Positions 28,954 to 36,620 of a DNA stretch of 63,170 nt are shown one piece after another. Origin of the DNA: Deltaproteobacteria bacterium (lineage in GTDB: Bacteria > Desulfobacterota > Binatia > Binatales > Binataceae); assembly GCA_003135855.1 (NCBI GenBank), contig PNBD01000040.1, forward strand, positions 1-63,170. Reading direction: 5' to 3'. The notes below the pieces were generated by a model. The model was not told the origin of the DNA and did not search any database. It saw nothing but the letters and a program-made list of their open reading frames with translations. How positions within the stretch are numbered: the first letter of the stretch is position 1; each line of letters opens with the position of its first letter. The position numbers and the translations under genes were made by a program.

Positions 28954-29672
28954 TTACGAGTCGGCAACTTCAGTTGGAACAACAAGCTCCTGCGGAATAA
29001 TTGGACTTCGCATCCCGACCGACGCCTTCATCAGAGCACGCTCGATTCGGGGCAGTTCGATTTCCGTATTGCCGGTCGTAGGCGGTGGCCACAAGTCCAC
29101 CGACATTGCCACGCGCGAGAACGGGGCGGGCAAGTGCGTTCGATCCCACGATGGCAGCCCGACGCCCGCGCCGGCCGTCGTCGAAGCGAGGATCATGTGC
29201 GCGTTCGCGTGGGCCGCGATCTTCACGACTCCGGCCTCGCGATACAGCGCGGTCCGGCCGGTCCATCGACTGCGATCACGCCCACGTCGCCTTTCTTGAT
29301 TCGCCTGACGAACTCGCGCGCGCCGCCGATACCCCGCCGTCTGCTCATTCCGTGCACGTGATCGAGTCCGAAACGATCGAGAATGCCGCCCAGAAAAAGA
29401 CCGGCGAAGCCGGTGCCGGTCAGCACCACCAATTTCCGGCCATGAGCCGGCGGGAAGTGTGAGAAAGCGAGCATGTGAATCAGCGATCCGTGAAAGATCA
29501 CAAACATGACCCGTTCGGGCGCCATGATTGTGCGCCATTGGCGGTCGCTCGGTCCCGAGATACGCCACGTCGCCATCAGTATCCGCAATGCCAACGCCGT
29601 CACCGGCGCAAGTGCGGCCGCAGCGAGCGTCTCGATCCGCTTTGACAGGCGGCGCTCTGTTCCGAGCTTCAA
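28954..29672 (-). pseudogene. DUF374 (LPLAT-like) gene interrupted by a frameshift
   Basis: The N-terminal two thirds lie in the frame of ORF 29223-29672 ('FHGSLIHMLAF...VIAVDGPAGPRCIA'). The C-terminal third lies in the frame of ORF 28954-29685 ('EAGVVKIAAHANAHMILASTTAGAGVGLPSWDRTHLPAPFSRV'). Both parts align with the intact paralog at 35809-36555. The junction is at about 29235-29246. Confidence 0.7.
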
Positions 29673-30808
29673 CGTTCCTCACCACGCAGAAAAATCGAGA
29701 ACGCGATGATCGCGAAAGTGAAATTGGGCAGCCAGGCCGCGACCAACGGAGGCATCACGCCGGATTTTCCCAGCGATGTCGACAGGCCGAGTGCAAACCA
29801 ATACAGCGAGCCGAATAAAATCGCGAACCCAAGGCTGCGGCCAAGAATCAGATTGCGCGGGCGCGGGTCGAGACTCAATGACAGGCCGAGCGCAACCATG
29901 ATCAGACAGGAAAACGGCAACGCGTATTTGAGATCGCGATGAACGACATAACCGCCGGGTTCGAGCCCCTTGTCGCGCAACTCGCGTATGTAGCGATTGA
30001 GCTCCCATAAGCTGAACTCTTCGGGGTCGAGGCGAAGAAGGCTGAAGTCGCCCGGATCGAGATGCTGCCCGAAGCGAACGACCGGGTCTGAAGCGACCCG
30101 GCTTGAAGCGATCGGACGCGCCTTGATTCCGCCGTCTTCCATCGTGATTGTCGTCGGCCCGTTAGCGGCCCAGGACTGGCCGTCCCACGACGCTGCGTAT
30201 GCGGTTACGATTTGCTGCAAATCGTAGTTGGGACCGAGGCGATACAGCGTGATGCTGCGGAGTTCGCGCCGTTCGGCGTCGAAGCGATCGGCGGCCAGAA
30301 ATCCGCCATAGATGCGCACCCATATGCGATCGTTGCCGAAGATGCCGCGCAGTTTGCGTCCCCTGAGCTCGACGTTAAAAGCGTACGATGACGCGCGCGT
30401 CGCGAGCGGAACTACAGTCTCGCTCAGTGCGAACTCGAGCATCGATATCACGACCGCCGCGATCAGCACCGGCGCCGCCATCTGCATGCGGCTGATTCCT
30501 AACTGTTGGCATGCGAGCACTTCGCCATTGCGGCTCATCGATGCGAAGCAGAGCAGTACTCCGGCAAGGCTCGCCGCCGGAACGAGTTGCGAAACAATCA
30601 GCGGCACCTTGAGCGCGAGGTATTTGAAAGCGACCAGTCCCACGCCGCCGTGTTTGATCATGTCACCGAAATGCTCGGAGACATCGCCCACCAGGTACGC
30701 GATCGTGAATGCTCCCAAACACGACACGAACGATTGAAGAAACTGGTTGCGCAGGAACCGCGCGATCGTGGGCGGCGTCGATTGCCGGAACAATTGCATC
30801 GATGCCAT
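29669..30808 (-). CDS. LptF/LptG-family LPS export permease
   Basis: 379 aa with the YjgP/YjgQ architecture: an N-terminal TM bundle, a periplasmic beta-jellyroll and C-terminal TM helices. The N-terminus 'IARFLRNQFLQSFVSCLGAF' fits the family. Confidence 0.8.
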   Translation of the reverse strand: MASMQLFRQSTPPTIARFLRNQFLQSFVSCLGAFTIAYLVGDVSEHFGDMIKHGGVGLVAFKYLALKVPLIVSQLVPAASLAGVLLCFASMSRNGEVLACQQLGISRMQMAAPVLIAAVVISMLEFALSETVVPLATRASSYAFNVELRGRKLRGIFGNDRIWVRIYGGFLAADRFDAERRELRSITLYRLGPNYDLQQIVTAYAASWDGQSWAANGPTTITMEDGGIKARPIASSRVASDPVVRFGQHLDPGDFSLLRLDPEEFSLWELNRYIRELRDKGLEPGGYVVHRDLKYALPFSCLIMVALGLSLSLDPRPRNLILGRSLGFAILFGSLYWFALGLSTSLGKSGVMPPLVAAWLPNFTFAIIAFSIFLRGEER

Positions 30809-31029
30809 CCTAGGTTCGATCTCTTCTCATTGGAATGATCGCAATCAATGCGTTTGGCTGCCTCTGTCCGTCGTTGAACTTTCAGCACGCGGCGGATATA
30901 GTCCGCGCCTCGATTCAGGACGACGTCGTGTCGGACCTTCGTCGACTGAGCGGATCATGCCTGAAGAACTGAGCGAGGCGTGAGGACTATCTCGTGTCCG
31001 CTGCAAGTCGGGCGAGGTCGTGGCGCAAT

Positions 31030-32043
31030 ATGCTGAAGATGTTGCTGCTAGGCGCCGGGCGATGGGGCAAGCATTACTTGCGGGCGGCTAGGTCTTTTCC
31101 GATCGAGCTATTTGTCGCCGATCCGCGGCCAAGAGAATTGGCGGATGCCGCAGCGCTCGGGATTTCGGCCTCTCATCTGTCGACCGACTATCGTGAGTTT
31201 GTAGCTCGCGCGGACGCGGTTGCGATTGCAACGCCCGCTGAGACCCATTTTGAACTGACGCGCTCGATGCTCGCTGCCGGCAAGGACGTTTTCGTCGAGA
31301 AGCCGCTAGCCCTCAACGCGTCGGAGGCCTCGGAACTGGCGCGGCTCGCAGACGCGAGCGAACGAATCCTGCAGGTCGGTCACGTCTTTCGGTTCGAAGC
31401 CGGAGCACGATGGCTGCGCGAGGAAATTCTGAGTGGCCGGTTTGGCACGATCAAACTCGTGCGCACGGATTTCAGCGGGTTCAAGCGCCCCCGCAACGAT
31501 ACCGGCGTGCTCTTCGCCGACGGCATACACTTCATCGATCTGCTGAACTATCTGCTCGGTGCGCCGCCAGTCCGGGTTCTCGCGCGGCTGACTGACTTTC
31601 TCGGACGTGGCATGGACGATCAGTGCTTCCTTACGCTAGATTACCCGCCGCTGGCCACCGACCGGCCACGCGGTGAGTGCCTTGGCGTGCTGGCTACCTT
31701 GGAGGCGGGCTACCATGTCCCTGACAAGGTTCGCGAAGTGATGGTGTTAGGCACAGAGATGAGCGCTACTTGCGACTTCACAAAGCTTCATGACCAGATT
31801 GTCTGCGTCAACAATCGGCACCTTAGGACTCGTGATGGATTCGAGGCGCTGGATGGCAACCTCGTCAAGGTCACGACTGACCAGAGCGAACCGCTGCTTG
31901 CCGAGTGGCGCGCCTTCCTCGATTCAATTGTGACTCGTAAGCAGCCGCTGGTCGACGGATGGGCAGGCTATGACGCGGTACGAGTGGTGGAAGGCGCGAT
32001 GAAATCAGCGCGCGACGGCTTAGCGGTGAACCTGGGCGCCTGA
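31030..32043 (+). CDS. Gfo/Idh/MocA-family NAD-dependent sugar oxidoreductase (GnnA-like)
   Basis: ORF 30994-32043. It has the Rossmann start 'MLKMLLLGAGRWGKHY' and 'VFVEKPLA' (the EKP motif). Confidence 0.8.
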   Translation: MLKMLLLGAGRWGKHYLRAARSFPIELFVADPRPRELADAAALGISASHLSTDYREFVARADAVAIATPAETHFELTRSMLAAGKDVFVEKPLALNASEASELARLADASERILQVGHVFRFEAGARWLREEILSGRFGTIKLVRTDFSGFKRPRNDTGVLFADGIHFIDLLNYLLGAPPVRVLARLTDFLGRGMDDQCFLTLDYPPLATDRPRGECLGVLATLEAGYHVPDKVREVMVLGTEMSATCDFTKLHDQIVCVNNRHLRTRDGFEALDGNLVKVTTDQSEPLLAEWRAFLDSIVTRKQPLVDGWAGYDAVRVVEGAMKSARDGLAVNLGA

Positions 32044-32044
32044 C

Positions 32045-33157
32045 GTGCCGACCATGGCGATGCGGGAAGTCCCCTTATCCCGGAGCTTCATTAGCGAAGA
32101 AATCAAGCTGGCCGTGATGCGCGTGCTCGAGAGCGGGCGCTTCGTCCTCGATCGCGAGTGCGAGGAGTTCGAAGCGGAGCTCGCCGCTTACACTGGCGTA
32201 AGGCACGCAGTACTTTCGTCCTCAGGTACTGCCGCCAGCTCCTTGCTGTATCTCGCGCTCGGCCTGAAGCCGGGTGACGAGGTGATAATGCCCTCGCACA
32301 CCGCCTTCCCTTGCGTCGAACCTATTATCCAACGCGGCGCGAAGCCGATCTTCGTCGATATCGACGACACCTATTGCACCGATCCTGACCAGCTTGAAAG
32401 TGCCGTGACGCCAAGAACTGTCGGGATTCTGCTCGTGCATCTGTACGGGCATCCAGGAGACATCGACGTCGCGCTCGCGATCGCTCGCAGGCATCGTCTC
32501 TGGCTGATTGAAGATTGCGCACAGGCGCTCGGCGCGAGGTATCGCGGAAAGATGGTCGGTTCGTTCGGTTCCGCGGCGGTCGTTTCGTTCTTCCCATCGA
32601 AAAATCTCACCGTACTTGGCGACGGAGGATGCGTCCTTACCGACGACGACGGCATGGCGGAACGAATACGCATGCTTCGAAACCACGGCCGCCGCGAGAA
32701 ATACGTTCACGAACTTGTCGGTTACAATTTGCGGTTCAATGAAATTCAGGCAGCTATAGGACGCGTCGCGCTCAAGCATCTGGAGCGTCATAACCGCCGC
32801 CGCCGCGAAATCGCCGCATACTATGACGATCGCCTCGCCGGAGTCGTAGGTACTCCCGTCGCACGGCCCTGGGTGGAACACGTTTACCACATGTATGTGA
32901 TCCGCACGCCGCGCCGCGATGCGCTGGCTGCCTTCCTGCGCAAGCACGGTGTCGGCGTCGGCATTCACTATCCGACACCTATCCACCTGCAACCCGCATT
33001 GAAAATGAAATTCGCCGACCGGTTTGATCTGCCGCGCACCACCGCCGCCGCCAATGAAATATTGTCAATCCCGATCTTCGGCGAAATGTCGCTTGACGAT
33101 GCCGCTTACGTGAGCGACTTAGTCGTGGAATTTGTGAATCGAGCGTGGAATTTGTGA
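32045..33157 (+). CDS. DegT/DnrJ/EryC1-family PLP sugar aminotransferase (GnnB/ArnB-like)
   Basis: 370 aa with 'EFEAELAAYTGVRHAVLSSSGTAA', 'VSFFPSKNL' (PLP lysine) and 'LRNHG'. Confidence 0.85.
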   Translation: MPTMAMREVPLSRSFISEEIKLAVMRVLESGRFVLDRECEEFEAELAAYTGVRHAVLSSSGTAASSLLYLALGLKPGDEVIMPSHTAFPCVEPIIQRGAKPIFVDIDDTYCTDPDQLESAVTPRTVGILLVHLYGHPGDIDVALAIARRHRLWLIEDCAQALGARYRGKMVGSFGSAAVVSFFPSKNLTVLGDGGCVLTDDDGMAERIRMLRNHGRREKYVHELVGYNLRFNEIQAAIGRVALKHLERHNRRRREIAAYYDDRLAGVVGTPVARPWVEHVYHMYVIRTPRRDALAAFLRKHGVGVGIHYPTPIHLQPALKMKFADRFDLPRTTAAANEILSIPIFGEMSLDDAAYVSDLVVEFVNRAWNL

Positions 33158-33183
33158 ATCTAGCGAGGAACTTGTAAATCTAG
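33124..33183. repeat. three tandem 20-bp repeats spanning the aminotransferase stop and ending at the GT2 start codon
   Basis: CGTGGAATTTGTGAATCGAG (33124-33143), CGTGGAATTTGTGAATCTAG (33144-33163) and CGAGGAACTTGTAAATCTAG (33164-33183). The ATG follows at 33184. Confidence 0.9.
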
Positions 33184-33915
33184 ATGGACGAGCTAATTCC
33201 GGAACTTAGTATCGTCGTTCCCTGTCACAACGAGGAGGGAAATCTCGAGGCGCTCGCCGCAGAGATTCGCGACACGCTGGCGCCGCTCGCGATCCCCTAC
33301 GAAGTCGTCATCACCGACGACGGTAGCACCGACCGCTCGTGGGACGTGCTGCGAAAAATCGCCTGCGCCGACACGAACGTCCGCATCCAGCGTTTCGAGA
33401 CCAATTGCGGCGAGTCCGGCGCGAGCTGGGCCGGTATCCAGGCCGCGCGCGCGCAGTTGATCATCACGCTCGACGCGGATCGCCAAAATGATCCGCGAGA
33501 GATTCCTCGTTTCCTCGACGCGCTGCGGATCTTCGATTGCGTATGCGGAATGCGGACTAAGGATCGCGGCCACGGGGACAGCCAGCTTAAGATTGTGTCG
33601 TCGCGAGTCGCCAATTGGGTCCGCAATACTCTGACCGGCGATCGTATAGCCGATTCGGGATGCACCTATCGCGCGTTTCGCCGCGAATGCATCGAGCGTA
33701 TTCGCGCCTTCAACGGGATGCATCGGTTCTTGCCCACCTTGATTCGGATGGAAGGACACACAGTTACCGAGATCGCAATCAGCAACCGGCCGCGCACCTC
33801 GGGCCGTAGTCACTATGGGATATGGAAGCGAGGACTAACGGCGTTCATCGATCTGCTCGCGGTCTGCTGGATGAGGCGCCGGATGCTCAAGTACCGGATC
33901 GTCGACGCACAATAG
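33184..33915 (+). CDS. GT2-family polyprenyl-phosphate glycosyltransferase (ArnC/DPM1-like)
   Basis: 243 aa with 'LSIVVPCHNEEGNL', 'VVITDDGSTD' and 'LDADRQNDP' (DxD). Confidence 0.85.
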   Translation: MDELIPELSIVVPCHNEEGNLEALAAEIRDTLAPLAIPYEVVITDDGSTDRSWDVLRKIACADTNVRIQRFETNCGESGASWAGIQAARAQLIITLDADRQNDPREIPRFLDALRIFDCVCGMRTKDRGHGDSQLKIVSSRVANWVRNTLTGDRIADSGCTYRAFRRECIERIRAFNGMHRFLPTLIRMEGHTVTEIAISNRPRTSGRSHYGIWKRGLTAFIDLLAVCWMRRRMLKYRIVDAQ

Positions 33916-33930
33916 CGAGGCCGCAATGCC

Positions 33931-34281
33931 ATGATGGCACTACCAATGCTCAGTATCGCCGAGCTCGCCACATCGCACCGATACCTTGGACTCAACTGGA
34001 GTGTCGTCACGATTCTCGGATTGATCGGGAACCTGGTTTTCTCGTCACGTTTTATTATTCAGTGGCTGGAGTCCGAGAAAAGAGGTACCAGCGTCGTCCC
34101 CGTTTCGTTCTGGTACCTGAGTATTATAGGAAGCGTGATCATGTGCACCTACTTCGTTATTCAGCGCGATCCGGTCGGCATCCTGGCCTACCTGCCTAAC
34201 TCGATGATCTACTTCCGCAATCTACACCTCATTCGCAAGCAAGCGCTCGCATCAGCCGAGCTGCCCAACCAAACGCTCTAG
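33931..34281 (+). CDS. LAB_N (lipid A biosynthesis N-terminal domain) small membrane protein
   Basis: 116 aa. 'GLIGNLVFSSRFIIQWLESEKRGTSVVPVSFWYLSIIGSVIMCTYFVIQRDPVGIL' is the characteristic LAB_N repeat. Confidence 0.75.
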   Translation: MMALPMLSIAELATSHRYLGLNWSVVTILGLIGNLVFSSRFIIQWLESEKRGTSVVPVSFWYLSIIGSVIMCTYFVIQRDPVGILAYLPNSMIYFRNLHLIRKQALASAELPNQTL

Positions 34282-34400
34282 GGGCTAAGACAATTCTGCC
34301 GGCCGATTCGACAGACCCGCCATCGGGCTCGAGCCTACGCCCCGCTAACGGCGCTTGCGTTATAGCTCTCGACCTTGTCTTCATAGTCCTTACCGGCTGT

Positions 34401-35792
34401 GTGGTCTTTCTACCCTTTCTAGGGCAGCAACGCGACATCGTAAGCCGCGAATGGCGGCACGCCGAAGTTGCGCGCGAGATGCTGGTATCGGGCGACTACC
34501 TGGTGCCCCAACTTTTCGGCGCACCATACCCGGACAAGCCACCCATGATGTATGCCGCGATCGCGCTGACCTATTCTCTCGCGGGGCACGCTTCGCTGGA
34601 ACTGGCGCGATTACCCTCAGTCGCCGCGGCAATCATCGGCGCGGTGTGCGTGTATTGGATCGGAATCGTGCTGTCAGGGCGAACAGCGGGACTGCTAGCC
34701 GCGTTCGGGTTGATGGGAGTGCAAGGTTACTCCTATATGGCGCGCTCTGCGCGGCCCGACATGATACTCACTATGCTGGTCTTGCTATCGTGTCTCGCCG
34801 GAGTTCTGGGAATGCGCTCGCGCGGCGGCCGACGCGCGCTCTGGCTTGTATGTTCTGGCATCTGCGGCGGACTCGCACTCCTTACGAAGGGACCTTTAGG
34901 CATCGCGTTCGCAGTTATAGCCATCGCGCTACTTCCGTCTGGTTCTAAGAGCCTGCGACGGCTCTCCGCGTGGGACTGGACGTTGTTGATAGTCGCTAGC
35001 ATCGGCGTGGCTGCGGCGTGGGCCTTGCCGGTCTACTTGCGCGATCACGGGACTTATCTGCTCGCGATGCTTACTCAGCCCGATCTTAGTTTGCATCCTG
35101 ATCGCACAAGTCGGCACTTCTACTATTACCTCGCGTATTACCTGGTGCCGGTGACAATCGGGTTTCTGCCGCTTACGCTTCTCGCGCCGGCAGTCGTGCG
35201 CGACGTTCTAAGACGTGGCTGGTCGCCGGCGCTGAAGATAGGTGTGGCGTTTTTCTTTCTCCTGTCGGTCCTGCCTAAGAAGCGTCCGCACTACGCGCTG
35301 CCGATCCTTCCTTTTCTAGCTCTCGCCGTCGCCGACGCGACGGTCGAATTCAATCGGCGTGGTGTTCTTCGCTTTGCGCAAATCCTGATCGCGCTTTCGC
35401 TCGGAGCGGGTCCTCTGTATTTCGCCGCGATTCAGCCTTACCTGACACCTATCCGCTCCGCCGGTGCTGCGTTCGCCGACTCGATGGCCAAGCTCATCGA
35501 GCCACATCGAACCGTGGTCGCGATCGACGACATCGTCGAACCGCTGGCATTCATGGGCTACGCGGGTCGTATGGTTGAGTCTGACGGCGTCGACCATGCT
35601 GTGACTGCGCTATGCGCGGGAGGAAAAGGATCGTATTTGCTGATTTCGAGTGAAGCATCGGCCCAGGATCAACTTAGGATTCAGCAGGGAATTGCGAAGC
35701 TACCCCTCAAGCCGGTGCTACAAGGCAGATTACCCGAACCTGTCGGCAAACGCTACTGGCAAGTCTATCAGCTAGGAGCCGCCTGCGACTAA
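34401..35792 (+). CDS. ArnT/PMT-like GT-C glycosyltransferase, paralog 2 (the 5' end is probably longer)
   Basis: 463 aa from GTG 34401. It has the loop motif 'SREWRHAEVAREMLVSGDYLVP'. The expected TM1 is encoded in frame upstream of this start (see findings). Confidence 0.8.
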   Translation: MVFLPFLGQQRDIVSREWRHAEVAREMLVSGDYLVPQLFGAPYPDKPPMMYAAIALTYSLAGHASLELARLPSVAAAIIGAVCVYWIGIVLSGRTAGLLAAFGLMGVQGYSYMARSARPDMILTMLVLLSCLAGVLGMRSRGGRRALWLVCSGICGGLALLTKGPLGIAFAVIAIALLPSGSKSLRRLSAWDWTLLIVASIGVAAAWALPVYLRDHGTYLLAMLTQPDLSLHPDRTSRHFYYYLAYYLVPVTIGFLPLTLLAPAVVRDVLRRGWSPALKIGVAFFFLLSVLPKKRPHYALPILPFLALAVADATVEFNRRGVLRFAQILIALSLGAGPLYFAAIQPYLTPIRSAGAAFADSMAKLIEPHRTVVAIDDIVEPLAFMGYAGRMVESDGVDHAVTALCAGGKGSYLLISSEASAQDQLRIQQGIAKLPLKPVLQGRLPEPVGKRYWQVYQLGAACD

Positions 35793-35808
35793 GCGGGCGA
35801 AAGGAGTG

Positions 35809-36555
35809 TCACGATGGCGCCGAGGATCGCATCGATGCGGAAGAGGCGCGGCTATGCATCTCCGGTGCGCTCCTATCAATCACGTCCTGAACCTCGCGCA
35901 TGCTCTCTTGGTTGTCACACTCGTCGCCGTTCCGCAGCGGGACGAGAGTAAGACTGACGCGAGTGAACGGTAGCGGCAGATGTGCACGATCCCAGGAACC
36001 AAACTTGAGACCGGCTCGGCCCGAAGTCATCGCGAGAAAAAGTGGCGCGTCGGCTGCATTCGCCAGCGTCAGAAACCCTTCTTTCGCAACGAAGCATGGT
36101 CCGCGCGGTCCGTCGACGGCCACTACCGCGATGTCACCGGCGCGGATTCGCCGGATCAATTCAAGCGAACCACCTACTGCATTGGCGCCGCTGGTCGCAA
36201 GCACGTGATCGATGTCGAAGTAGCTCAACAAGGACGCCAACAAGCGGCCGTCAAGGCTAGGGCTAAGCATCACTACCAGCTTTCGGCCGCGGCCCGTCAC
36301 CAATGATGAGAAGCTAAGCAGGTGCAAGAACATCCCGTGACAAGTGGCGAGTACCGCGTGCGGCGACCGTATCAACTCTTCCAATACGTCCTCGCGCAAT
36401 ACGCGCTTTCGCCAGGACTTCATCACGAGCATCAGGGGCACGGCGAGCAGTGGCAGCGCCAGTTTTCTAAGCGCCAGAAATTGAAGTCGGCGCATAGTTA
36501 CGGCTGCGGATCTCCGCAGGCGCATTCGACTTCCGCGATGTTCGATTGCCGGCAT
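35809..36555 (-). CDS. DUF374 domain protein (LPLAT-like)
   Basis: 248 aa with 'CHGMFLHLLSF', 'VVAVDGPRGP' and 'GSWDRAHLPLPFTRV'. The start codon is uncertain; M11 or M21 are also possible. Confidence 0.75.
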   Translation of the reverse strand: MPAIEHRGSRMRLRRSAAVTMRRLQFLALRKLALPLLAVPLMLVMKSWRKRVLREDVLEELIRSPHAVLATCHGMFLHLLSFSSLVTGRGRKLVVMLSPSLDGRLLASLLSYFDIDHVLATSGANAVGGSLELIRRIRAGDIAVVAVDGPRGPCFVAKEGFLTLANAADAPLFLAMTSGRAGLKFGSWDRAHLPLPFTRVSLTLVPLRNGDECDNQESMREVQDVIDRSAPEMHSRASSASMRSSAPS

Positions 36556-36620
36556 GTACCGCTTAAAGCATTATCCGCACTACTGGAACAAGCATCATCG
36601 AGCGGCCGCAGGCACTGGCC

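Noticed and set aside
28954-29685. 243-aa ORF taken as an intact gene
   Set aside because: Only its C-terminal about 95 residues resemble DUF374. The N-terminal part is Arg-rich out-of-frame sequence overlapping the real N-terminal frame (29223-29672). I interpret it as one frameshifted gene.
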